Assembly: GCA_021846325.1 (NCBI GenBank)
Contig: JAJZBX010000006.1
Location: 13,841 to 77,840, forward strand
Direction: 5' to 3'
From: Actinomycetes bacterium
Lineage (GTDB): Bacteria; Actinomycetota; Acidimicrobiia; Acidimicrobiales; RAAP-2
Length of the DNA: 64,000 nt
Shown: in pieces, positions 1 to 8,515 of the stretch
Layout of the letters: the number at the start of each line of letters is the position of its first letter
How positions within the stretch are numbered: position 1 is the stretch's first letter
Made by a program: the position numbers and the translations under genes
The notes under the pieces: model-generated
What the model was told of the DNA's origin: nothing
Database searches by the model: none
Seen by the model: the letters and a program-made list of their open reading frames with translations, nothing else

Positions 1-1
1 C

Positions 2-847
2 GAGCTCCTGGATGCCGAGAAACCGACCTCGCCGTTACGAGTGCTGACTACGAAGTTGGATGCGCTCACGACGTCGTTAAAGGAGATCCGCGAGGAGCGT
101 TCGCGTGAGATTGCCGTCGCTGAGGTAGTCGAAGCCGGCGTGATCGGCGGACTGCAGTACGAGGATGTAGCGATGGCCTACGTTCAGCGCATGGCAAACC
201 TCGCAGGCGATGAGTGCGAGCGAACGGGGAATGTCACTGGACGAGTATCGAAGTCCAAGAAGGGTGACGGAGTAGTCCACCTTATGGTCGGAGGCATAGA
301 TCAGGCCCGCGTCGTTGTCGAAGCGAAGAACAAGGCGATGACCCGCCGCGAATGGGAGGAAGAGGCTAAGGGTGCGAAGGAGAATCGGGCGGCCGGAAGC
401 TTCCTAGGACTGTGCAAGCACGTCGGTGACATGCCCACAGGTGGTCGTCTTATGGTGTTGTCCCAGAGCGACATTGTGATCTCGTTCAATCCAGAGGTTG
501 ATGACGTCGAGTTGCTCGCGCTGACCTATCAGCTGCTGAAACTGAACGCGATGAGAGGATTCGGCACTCTTGACGAGGTGAGCACGGTAACTGTCAACGA
601 GGCTCTCAACGAAGCGCTTGCGGCGCTCGAGCGTTTCGATGGGATTGGCAAAGAGGTGTCGGCGATCCGGAATGCTGCGGACAGAATCAAGCAGACCGGG
701 GAGGCTATTCGTGAATCCATTCAGCGAAGCCTGCGAAGAGCGCAAGTGGTCCTCAGCACGTCGGACCCCGCGGTGGGCACATCTCAAGATGAGGTTGTGA
801 ACCCACAGCAGTTGACCGAAGAGGGAACCAAGCCACCCACGGAATAG
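2..847 (+). CDS. 5'-truncated hypothetical protein; coiled coils around an RmuC/DUF2130-like PD-(D/E)xK nuclease-type motif
   Basis: Frame is open from base 2 (ELLDAEKP...). Motif KKGDGVV-x-RVVVEAKN followed by a C-terminal coiled coil. Family call is by motif recall only. Confidence 0.5.
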   Translation, partial: ELLDAEKPTSPLRVLTTKLDALTTSLKEIREERSREIAVAEVVEAGVIGGLQYEDVAMAYVQRMANLAGDECERTGNVTGRVSKSKKGDGVVHLMVGGIDQARVVVEAKNKAMTRREWEEEAKGAKENRAAGSFLGLCKHVGDMPTGGRLMVLSQSDIVISFNPEVDDVELLALTYQLLKLNAMRGFGTLDEVSTVTVNEALNEALAALERFDGIGKEVSAIRNAADRIKQTGEAIRESIQRSLRRAQVVLSTSDPAVGTSQDEVVNPQQLTEEGTKPPTE

Positions 848-1101
848 GGGTGTCCCAAGTCGATGCCGCGGCTGGAAGCCCGCCTGCGCGATGTGTGGCC
901 GTCTGGAGGGTTCTGCCGTGGCCAGGACTGGAGGTGGTAGTCGCAGGTCCTGGCCCTTGCGAATCCCGGCCGGCGATCCGATTCGATGTCATGGTCAGAT
1001 TTAATGTGTCTTCAACTTCCCACTTGACCTTCAACTCAGACGGTGCACTCCAATCTGTGGGCAAGGGATTTTAGCCCCTACGAATCAGCTCAAGCCGATC
1101 G

Positions 1102-2304
1102 TCACTCTGCTCGGACTCGCTGGGTAAGAACCTCGTTCAACGTGCGCTCGACGAGCGGACTCTTGTTGATGAGCTGTACCTTGCTGAAGAATGTGGCGAT
1201 TCCTACCCTGTTGGCGAGCTTCGCAATGAACTCGTCTAAGAAGGAAGCGGACATCACTTCGATTCCCGCGAAATCGACAATGACGGACTCCGCTGGATTC
1301 TCGTTCATGATGTTCCTCAGTCTCAGGGCAAGTTCCGAACCCGTAGCCCGATTGCCGTAGATTGCGGTTTCGTTCTCGAGGACGAAGAGAATGCCTGATT
1401 GGGTCAGGTGTGAGATTTCGAACGCACTGGGCGGTGTGTAACCCCACAGTGCGTCGGTGAGATTGATGGGTTCGGACGTGCGTAGTGTGAGGGCGACGAT
1501 GGACCCAGGGAAGTCCGTAAGAGTGTTGACGCGTATCACGCCGTCGTCACCGCGTCTGAGGTGGGCGTTTCGGGAGGCGATGTTCATCCAGCCCGAAAGC
1601 GCCTCGGTGATTCGCAGGCACCCGGCCAGTCCGTTTCCCTGTCCGACGGACGTGTCGCGCGTCGTCCCGCGTTCGGTAGCAATCTGAAGAAGGTCACCGT
1701 CGCTGGCGATTTGTGGATAGCGCTGCCTGAGAGTTGCGGGGATTCCGGCTCCACAGTCAGCCACGACTAGATCCACCATCCCTTGTTTCGGGCGAGCAAC
1801 AACTTGTAGCCATCCGCGAGCGCCGGAATGAACCAGCACGTTATCCGTCACCTCCGTCAGTGCCCATTGGAGCGCGTTAAGAACGCCACCCGGGTACTCG
1901 CTCGTCGTAGAGAGGACGTCCATGGCCGACTGTACGCACACGTTGAGCCTCGGGTGGTCGGCAAAGCGGACGATTGGGAGGTAGGTCTTTCGGGATCTCG
2001 GGTTCGGCAACTCTCGGTCGTCTAGAGCCTGGCGCCAACCGGCGGATTCCCAGTACGTTGCCAGATGACTTCCATCTTCAGGAGGGACATAGCCGATGTC
2101 CCACCCACCATCGAGTAAGTGGTCTACGAGTGCGATGAGGGGAACCATTCCTGAGGGCCCGAAATGTGACGGGTAGCTCAGATCGATGCAAAGGGAGGTT
2201 GGGCTGCGAAGAAGGGGAGCGAGTTCCAGGTAGAGCTCAGTGAACGCGCGCAACTCGAACGTTGGTTCCCGCGATGCGATGATGTTTTCGTAGTCGGTGC
2301 CCAC
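1102..2304 (-). CDS. STAS-like + HATPase_c (GHKL) + C-terminal DUF4325 (STAS-like) protein
   Basis: N-box EVTDNVLVHS, G1 box VADCGAGI, GxGL box GQGNGL; C-terminal GNRATGSEL...VIVDFAGIEVMSASFLDEFIAKL is typical of DUF4325. Confidence 0.75.
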   Translation of the reverse strand: MGTDYENIIASREPTFELRAFTELYLELAPLLRSPTSLCIDLSYPSHFGPSGMVPLIALVDHLLDGGWDIGYVPPEDGSHLATYWESAGWRQALDDRELPNPRSRKTYLPIVRFADHPRLNVCVQSAMDVLSTTSEYPGGVLNALQWALTEVTDNVLVHSGARGWLQVVARPKQGMVDLVVADCGAGIPATLRQRYPQIASDGDLLQIATERGTTRDTSVGQGNGLAGCLRITEALSGWMNIASRNAHLRRGDDGVIRVNTLTDFPGSIVALTLRTSEPINLTDALWGYTPPSAFEISHLTQSGILFVLENETAIYGNRATGSELALRLRNIMNENPAESVIVDFAGIEVMSASFLDEFIAKLANRVGIATFFSKVQLINKSPLVERTLNEVLTQRVRAE

Positions 2305-2640
2305 GCGGAGAATCTAGCTGTAGGGATTCACGAAGTGACGACGTCATTAACTCGATTGGCCGCTTTCACTGTGACCGAGGAGCCTGGAAGAACGAGGTTC
2401 CGTTTGGACGCATGAACTGTTTGTAACCCCCTTAGTCCGACATCGAGGAGCAGGGTGTTTCCTCGCGCAGCCTGCGGCGAACACCGCACGTTTGTCTTGA
2501 TTCACGATTCCCGACGTCCCGGACTCTCCAAATGGCACTTGCCTTGTCGTTGCCAAAGAAGGTGGGATGTCACAACTGAATGGGAGGATTGGCACGTGGC
2601 GACATCCAGATGGTCTGCAGCGGGGAATGATCTTGCGACG

Positions 2641-4689
2641 ATGGCCGAGCGATCCACGCGCGAAGTCATCACGAGCATGGCGGGAGCTGCGGCGGTCCCT
2701 CGCGAAGATCAGATCGCGGCCGTGCGCGCTCTCGTCGAGAGCTCGAGCAGGGTGCTTGTGGTCCAAGCGACCGGATGGGGCAAGTCCGCCGTCTACTGGG
2801 CGGCTACGAAAGCTCTGCGCCAACTCGGTCGCGGCACCACCCTCGTCGTCTCGCCATTGCTGGCTCTGATGCGCGATCAGGTGCTCGCTGCGGAGAAGGC
2901 GGGGCTGGTGGCCGCCACGATCAACTCCACGAACATGGACGACTGGGACGCGCTGATGGACCGCGCACGTTCGGGCCAGCTCGACGTTCTCCTCGTCTCG
3001 CCGGAGCGACTGGGCAACGAGAGGTTCTCCACTCGAATGGCGCCGGTGTTGGCCGCGGCGGGGCTAATCGTCATCGACGAGGCACACTGCATCTCCGACT
3101 GGGGATTCGACTTCCGCCCCGACTACCAGCGCCTCGCGCGAGTTCTGACCGCGGCACTAGGGACGCCGGTGCTGGCGACGACGGCCACCGCGAACCAGCG
3201 CGTCAGCGATGACGTGGCCGCCCAGCTCGGGTCGGACACGCTGGTCCTACGCGGTTCGCTGGCGCGGCGGTCCCTGGCCCTGTCGGTCGTGCCCGGCCTC
3301 AACGCCCTGGAGCGCTACGCGTGGGTCGACCAGGCCCTGCACATGCTGCCTGGTTCCGGGATCGTCTACGTGCCGACCGTCGCGGAGACCACGCGGCTCG
3401 CGGGATTCCTCGCGGCCCAGGGTCACCGGGTCGCCGCCTACTCGGGGCAGCTCGAGAGCGAGGACCGCGAGGCGATCGAAGGTGAGCTCAAGCGCAACGA
3501 GCTCAAGGCCGCTGTGGCCACGTCGGCCCTCGGCATGGGCTACGACAAGCCCGACCTCGGCTTCTGCATCCACGTGGGCTCGCCGGACTCGCCGGTCGCC
3601 TACTACCAACAGGTCGGCCGGGCGGGCCGCGCCATCGAGAGCGCGGCGGCCGTCTTACTCCCGGCCGAAACGGACGAGCGGCTCTGGGAATACTTCGCCA
3701 CCGCCTCGATCCCGGACCCCGAGGCGGTCGAGACGGTACTCGCGGTCCTCGAGAGGTCGGGACCCCTCGGCATCGCCGAGCTCGAGATGGCAACGAAGCT
3801 CCGCCGAGGTCGTCTGAGCAACCTACTCAAGGTGCTCGCGGTGGACGACGCGGTCGTGAAGTCCGGCACGAACTGGTCGCTCGGCCCCAACCCCTACGTC
3901 TACGACACGGCCAAGTGGACGGCCCTCAAGATCGTGCGCGCTCGCGAGGCTGACCTCATGCGCCAGTACGCGGCGGGCCGGGGTTGTCTCATGGAGTTCC
4001 TCCAACTCGCTCTCGATGACCCGAGTCCCGCCCCGTGCGGGACCTGCTCGGTCTGCACCGGTGTTTTTCCCGGACCCGGGCGGGAGATCGACCAGGAGCG
4101 TGTCGCCGCGGCCGAGGTACACCTGCGCGGCGAGGACGTGGTGATCGAACCCCGACGACGCTGGCCGTCGGGACTGTCGTCGGGTCGTCGTGGGATCATC
4201 CTCGGGTGCGAGGAGGGGAGAGCCCTCGCCTTCGCGGATTCGGCCGCGTGGACTCAGGCGACGCGGCAGGTGGGAGGTCCGGATCGCGTACTCGACGACG
4301 AGGTGATCGCCGGCGTCGTCGCGGTGCTCGCGCGGTGGAGGAACTCGTGGGATGAGCGTCCGGTCGCGGTAGTGCCGATACCCTCACGACGGCACCCCCG
4401 GATGGTGAGCGACCTCGCGGCCCGGATCGCAGCCATCGGGCGGCTCGAGCTAATCGACGCCTTCGAGGTCAGCGGACCTCGCCCGCCCGAGGACGTGTCG
4501 TCGGGACCCCGAGTCGAGGCCCTCCTTGAGAGCCTGCTCCTGCGCGACGGGATGGCGCTGCCGGCCGGACCCGTCTTGCTCGTCGACGACTTCTACCGCA
4601 GCGGTTGGACGATGACGGTGGCGGCGAGTCTGCTGCGCGAGGCCGGCGTCACCGCCGTCATGCCCCTCGTGATCCACCAGCGCCCGTAA
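2641..4689 (+). CDS. recQ: RecQ-family SF2 helicase, actinobacterial type with C-terminal PRTase-like domain
   Basis: QATGWGKS, DEAHCISDWGFDFRPDY, VATSALGMGYDKPD, YYQQVGRAGRA, Zn-binding GCLM...CGTCSVC, terminal VLLVDD...SGWT. ATG 2641 preferred over the ORF-track start 2455. Confidence 0.88.
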   Translation: MAERSTREVITSMAGAAAVPREDQIAAVRALVESSSRVLVVQATGWGKSAVYWAATKALRQLGRGTTLVVSPLLALMRDQVLAAEKAGLVAATINSTNMDDWDALMDRARSGQLDVLLVSPERLGNERFSTRMAPVLAAAGLIVIDEAHCISDWGFDFRPDYQRLARVLTAALGTPVLATTATANQRVSDDVAAQLGSDTLVLRGSLARRSLALSVVPGLNALERYAWVDQALHMLPGSGIVYVPTVAETTRLAGFLAAQGHRVAAYSGQLESEDREAIEGELKRNELKAAVATSALGMGYDKPDLGFCIHVGSPDSPVAYYQQVGRAGRAIESAAAVLLPAETDERLWEYFATASIPDPEAVETVLAVLERSGPLGIAELEMATKLRRGRLSNLLKVLAVDDAVVKSGTNWSLGPNPYVYDTAKWTALKIVRAREADLMRQYAAGRGCLMEFLQLALDDPSPAPCGTCSVCTGVFPGPGREIDQERVAAAEVHLRGEDVVIEPRRRWPSGLSSGRRGIILGCEEGRALAFADSAAWTQATRQVGGPDRVLDDEVIAGVVAVLARWRNSWDERPVAVVPIPSRRHPRMVSDLAARIAAIGRLELIDAFEVSGPRPPEDVSSGPRVEALLESLLLRDGMALPAGPVLLVDDFYRSGWTMTVAASLLREAGVTAVMPLVIHQRP

Positions 4690-4725
4690 GCGAGCGGCGC
4701 CAGAGTCTCGAGCACTTTCCCCGAT

Positions 4726-4769
4726 AGGAACCACCATGACCAAGCGTCACGGAGGGAACCTTTCTACTG
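4726..4769 (+). repeat. Imperfect direct repeat, copy A (pairs with 7662-7706)
   Basis: aggaaccaccatgaccaagcgtcacggagggaacctttctactg versus copy B: 5 mismatches and 1 gap over 45 columns. Confidence 0.85.
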
Positions 4770-4817
4770 GGCCGAATCGGAGTTCCTCCAGCGCCGTGGG
4801 TCAGTTCGGTGACCTGG

Positions 4818-7553
4818 TCAGGAACGAGGATGCCGTTGCTCCGTGTGTCGGCACTCGGGATAGTTGGAACAGCCAATGAACCGTCCGTAGCGGCCATCGC
4901 GGGTCACGAGCTTGCCCGTCCCGCAATCCGGACACTTTGCCGTCAACGTGTACCTGCAGACTGGAAAGCGGCTGCACCCCCAGAAAGCCCCGTAACGGCT
5001 GACGTTCATGGCGAGCGTCCCCTGACGGCACTTCGGGCAAACGCTCACGGGCTGGCCATCGTTGCCTTCAATGCTTACGTTTGGGTCGGTCATCAACTCG
5101 ACAACAAATGCAGACGGCTGATTCGCAGGCGCCAGTAGGTACACCCCGTGTCGCGCCCGTGTGAGCGCGACGTACAGAAGGCGGCGTTCTTCCGCGTGTG
5201 GGAACTTCTCGGGACTAGGCATAGCCAACTCGAGGACTGGATCATCCACGACGTTCGATGGAAAGCCGTAGGTTCCCGTCGTCATTCCAGGAATGACGAT
5301 GTAGTCGGCCTCTAGGCCCTTGGAGCTGTGGATCGTTCGGAACGTGAGCCTGACTCCATCGGGTATCGAACGCGGAATAACATCACGTTGGAATCCATAG
5401 CGACCAAGAACGTCGACGGATACGGACTCGCCATGACCGACGTTGGGCGCCTCGTGAGCGAGCTGCGCCACAAGCGCCGAGATGGAAGAGCGTTCGTCAT
5501 CGCTGAAGATGACCGTGATCGGCGCCGCAGCGTCCGGACGTGATGACTTCATGGGCTTGTCGAACTGCTGTGTGTTCTTCGTGATAAATGAGCGGGCAAC
5601 ATCGCAGATTGGCTGCGCGCAGCGGAAAGTTGTCGAGAGTGCCAGTTGCGGACCGCGACCGAACCAGTCCTCGAAGCGGGTCATGACCGAGAGATCCGCT
5701 CCCGCAAAGCGATTGATCGACTGCCAGTCGTCACCTACGACAACGAGGTAACGACTGGTCCCTTTGACGAGGCCACGAACCAAGCGTGCGCGTGCTTGGC
5801 TGGAGTCCTGGAACTCGTCGACCAAGATGAGGTCGTGAGAGAGTTCATGGGCGCCGGACTCCAGTAGTTCACCGGCCCGCACGAGCATGTCTTCGAAGTC
5901 CACGCTGCCGTCCTCGGCCAGTCGCCGCTGCCACTCCTCATGGATGGGCCAGTAGAGCGACAGGAACAGGCGGGTCCGATAGCCGTCCGCCGCGCTCAGT
6001 TCGTTCGCCAACCTTCGATCGAGATGAGTCGATGACCACGAGTTGGACTTCACGTGACACATGAAGGTGCGCACGAGGCGAGCGAGGTCTTCGTGCTTGA
6101 GAGTCCGATACCAGGAGTCGACGGGAGATCGATCGGGATTCCAGTCGAGCGATTCGCCTCGACGAGTCAGCTCGTCGCTGAGTCGCTGGAGGCCGTCCTC
6201 GAAGACCACGTCAGTCCAGGTGGTCTCGATGAGCGAGGTGCCGTACGTACGATGCAGATCCTTCTTCCATTGCATGCTCTGCCGGTAGCCGACGAACTCC
6301 TTGGGAGGGTTGCCATCTCGACCGATGGCCCAATGCTCATGCCACGTGTCGATGTCGGGGTAGTAGAAGTCGGGTTGGTACTGGGAGTGCGTTGCGTCGG
6401 CCACGTCGTGAACGTACGGGCGCTCGTACTGGAACTCCACGCCGTTGAAGAAGAGGAAGTCGGCAATGAGTCGTTCGCCTTCGCTCTTGACCAGCACTCC
6501 AGACGCGGTCCGGAAACCAGTGGTGCTCGTCTTCGAGTCATAGCCGTCGGGTTGCGTGTTGTCGAGCGAGGTTGATGCGCTGGCGAAGAGGAGCCGGTAG
6601 AGGTCCCAGTTGTAGCGGAAGGTTGGCGACTGATCGCGCAGTTCGTCCACGATCTTCATGACCATGTCGATCTCTTGACCCTGCTCAAGCCACGCTGCCA
6701 ACCTGGGCTTGCGCTCGGTGGCACGCCCGATGATGTCCAGGCCGAACGAGTGGAACGTGGCGGCTCTGACTCCTACAGAGGGGATCCCGGCGGCCGCGAA
6801 GCGCGTCTCGATCCGCCCCTGGAGCTCCGCTGCGGCGGCCTTGTTAAATGCCAGCAGGAGAATGCGGTCCGGCGACACCAGACCACGAGTGACGGCGTAG
6901 GCCGCCTTCGCCACCATGGTCGAGGTCTTGCCGGAGCCGGCGGCCGCGAGTATCTGCACCCGATTGTCGAAGCAGATGACCGCGCGGGCCTGCTCCTCGC
7001 TAAGGGGTGTTCTCTCGATGCTGTCGAAGAAGGCCTGCCGCTCCTGAAGCTCTAGAACCGCGACCTGTTCGTTGTTCTCATTGACAAACGGACCCAAGCC
7101 GCCAGCTGCCAGTTCCACCGCGGAGTGTTCCTCCGGGGAGTACAGGTGGACGCAGTTGGATTCTCGGCCCCTTGCTAGCAGTTCTCGTAACGCCTTTTCG
7201 GGTTGCATCTCTTCAAGGTTCTCCTGCGTGATCCACCTGCGGGTGTCGAGACGCTCCTTCAGCATCTCCTTCACACGGGTCGCCCATTGGAGGGTCTTTT
7301 CGATCTGGGGGAGGAGCCCCCAGTAGCCGATCCATGCGGTCAACTCAAAGGCGTTCTCTTTCCTACATCCCCTGAGGGTCAAAACCTCGGCAGGCCCCTC
7401 GACGAGGCGATAGCGCAAGAATCTTCGCCGCACGCCGATCGGGAGTGGTTCGCCGCGGCTGTGACTCCACGAGCCTCCTCGTGTGGTGATGTTCAGGCTG
7501 CCGGAGTCGATCTCCACACGAAAGGCGTCACAAGACCATTCGCGTTTATCCAC
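4818..7553 (-). CDS. UvrD/helicase IV-like SF1 helicase with inserted PD-(D/E)xK-type nuclease domain and two C-terminal topoisomerase-type Zn ribbons
   Basis: AAAGSGKT, LVDEFQD, VVGDDWQSINRFAGA, TIHSSKGLEAD, EERRLLYVALTRA; insert VKSEGERLIADFL...YERPY...YQPDFY...EHW; tail CPKC...WGCSRFPVC and CPDC...IGCSNYPEC. Confidence 0.85.
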   Translation of the reverse strand: MDKREWSCDAFRVEIDSGSLNITTRGGSWSHSRGEPLPIGVRRRFLRYRLVEGPAEVLTLRGCRKENAFELTAWIGYWGLLPQIEKTLQWATRVKEMLKERLDTRRWITQENLEEMQPEKALRELLARGRESNCVHLYSPEEHSAVELAAGGLGPFVNENNEQVAVLELQERQAFFDSIERTPLSEEQARAVICFDNRVQILAAAGSGKTSTMVAKAAYAVTRGLVSPDRILLLAFNKAAAAELQGRIETRFAAAGIPSVGVRAATFHSFGLDIIGRATERKPRLAAWLEQGQEIDMVMKIVDELRDQSPTFRYNWDLYRLLFASASTSLDNTQPDGYDSKTSTTGFRTASGVLVKSEGERLIADFLFFNGVEFQYERPYVHDVADATHSQYQPDFYYPDIDTWHEHWAIGRDGNPPKEFVGYRQSMQWKKDLHRTYGTSLIETTWTDVVFEDGLQRLSDELTRRGESLDWNPDRSPVDSWYRTLKHEDLARLVRTFMCHVKSNSWSSTHLDRRLANELSAADGYRTRLFLSLYWPIHEEWQRRLAEDGSVDFEDMLVRAGELLESGAHELSHDLILVDEFQDSSQARARLVRGLVKGTSRYLVVVGDDWQSINRFAGADLSVMTRFEDWFGRGPQLALSTTFRCAQPICDVARSFITKNTQQFDKPMKSSRPDAAAPITVIFSDDERSSISALVAQLAHEAPNVGHGESVSVDVLGRYGFQRDVIPRSIPDGVRLTFRTIHSSKGLEADYIVIPGMTTGTYGFPSNVVDDPVLELAMPSPEKFPHAEERRLLYVALTRARHGVYLLAPANQPSAFVVELMTDPNVSIEGNDGQPVSVCPKCRQGTLAMNVSRYGAFWGCSRFPVCRYTLTAKCPDCGTGKLVTRDGRYGRFIGCSNYPECRHTEQRHPRS

Positions 7554-7661
7554 TTTAAGTTTCTATCGGATGAGAGCCCACTCGATCATGGAAGCGGAGG
7601 TCCGGAAGGATTATTGGGTCCTTCGTGACGGTCTTCGGGTAACGTGCAGTCACCAACCGAA

Positions 7662-7706
7662 AGGAAACCACCATGACCACCCGTCACGGTGGGAACCTTC
7701 CCACTG
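7662..7706 (+). repeat. Imperfect direct repeat, copy B (pairs with 4726-4769)
   Basis: aggaaaccaccatgaccacccgtcacggtgggaaccttcccactg; contains TGAC-N5-GTCA and the perfect dyad GTGGGAA-CC-TTCCCAC. Confidence 0.85.
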
Positions 7707-7817
7707 AGTGGACGAGGTGTCCCGCTTCTGACTCGACGCAGGTGGAAAGTGGATGGCTCGTCGCTCGGAGCGGGGACAGCCAACGCGGCTGGTTACCTAT
7801 GTCTCAGTTGGAGTTTC

Positions 7818-7836
7818 TGCCCACGCTTTGCCCACG
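7818..7836 (+). repeat. Tandem TGCCCACG x2 (11-bp period), possible integrase arm-type site
   Basis: tgcccacg at 7818-7825 and 7829-7836, about 120 bp beyond the tRNA 3' end. Function is inferred. Confidence 0.45.
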
Positions 7837-7954
7837 GAGAGTGAGCAAGAACGGTCAGAAACTGGTAAGAACGGGTACGCGAGTACATTTATCGCAACGA
7901 CCAGAATGGAGTGACCCCAGTGATACCAAGGCCTTTCAGCGCTTGGGGTTTCGG

Positions 7955-8027
7955 TGGGCCGCCCGGGTCTCGATCCCGGCACCTTGGGATTAAAAGTCCC
8001 CTGCTCTTCCCGATGAGCTAGCGGCCC
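7955..8027 (-). tRNA. tRNA-Lys (anticodon TTT), non-canonical T-loop, CCA not encoded
   Basis: GGGCCGCTAGCTCATCGGGAAGAGCAGGGGACTTTTAATCCCAAGGTGCCGGGATCGAGACCCGGGCGGCCCA folds as a cloverleaf; 73 nt; followed by CCG. Confidence 0.9.
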
Positions 8028-8164
8028 GGCGGATGGCGAAATGCATTGAGAAATGCTCAACCCCCGGACCACGCAGTTTAGCCGGGGCCGATTGCCAAGT
8101 ATTTCTTGTCGAGATCGCCGCACTAAAAGTTGCCGAGCTCATTCGCGCGAGAGGCAAGTTCGGC

Positions 8165-8515
8165 TCAGCTCACCAATTCGAGCCCCGGCTCCGTGACGTC
8201 CGCTCCTCCGCCGTGAACCATTTGGTCCACGACCTTCCAGCCGGTTTGGAAGTACCACGACTTGGCAGTGTCGTAGATGAAATAGAGGTGCACGTCAAGC
8301 AGGATCGGGATGCGACCAACTGCCTAGGCACGCTTGTGGAGATAGGTGGCCTTGTGGTGCGCGTTTCTACCTTCTGACGTGTTTCGGCCGGCTCCATAGA
8401 GAGCCTTGAACACGTCGTCACCTTCCTGGAAGACGCGGTAGTTCTCGGCGACCTTGCGGCCGTCGTCTCCGTTCTACTTGTGCGGCGAGACCCATACGGC
8501 CCTTCGGTCTTCGTG
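8165..8515 (-). pseudogene. C-terminal fragment of a DDE transposase (IS4-clan-like), two in-frame stops
   Basis: Frame absent from the ORF track: FHEDRRAVWVSPHK*NGDDGRKVAENYRVFQEGDDVFKALYGAGRNTSEGRNAHHKATYLHKRA*AVGRIPILLDVHLYF...; Y-x3-R-x3-E-x6-K resembles the YREK signature; TAG at 8474-8476 and 8324-8326. Confidence 0.6.

Noticed and set aside
1056-1064. tgtgggcaa, an inverted partial match to the TGCCCACG repeats
   Set aside because: Single 8-bp match, within chance.
2390-2400. LexA-box-like GAAC-N3-GTTC upstream of recQ
   Set aside because: The spacer is 3 nt rather than the required 4.
4018-4028. 11-nt match (gacccgagtcc) in recQ to the seed of the putative TnpB guide
   Set aside because: A GC-rich 11-mer is plausible by chance in 64 kb; the match breaks after 11 nt, and the guide boundary and TAM are unknown.
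7718-7782. Resemblance to a type I-E CRISPR repeat (gtgtcccgc...gcggggac)
   Set aside because: Single instance, no repeat-spacer periodicity, no cas genes.
7673-7993. 106-aa ORF starting in repeat copy B
   Set aside because: Runs antisense into the tRNA; only the first 11 codons have a counterpart in copy A.
8324-8476. Amber readthrough or recoding to explain two TAG stops in the transposase fragment
   Set aside because: All other genes use the standard code; ordinary decay of an interrupted gene is sufficient.
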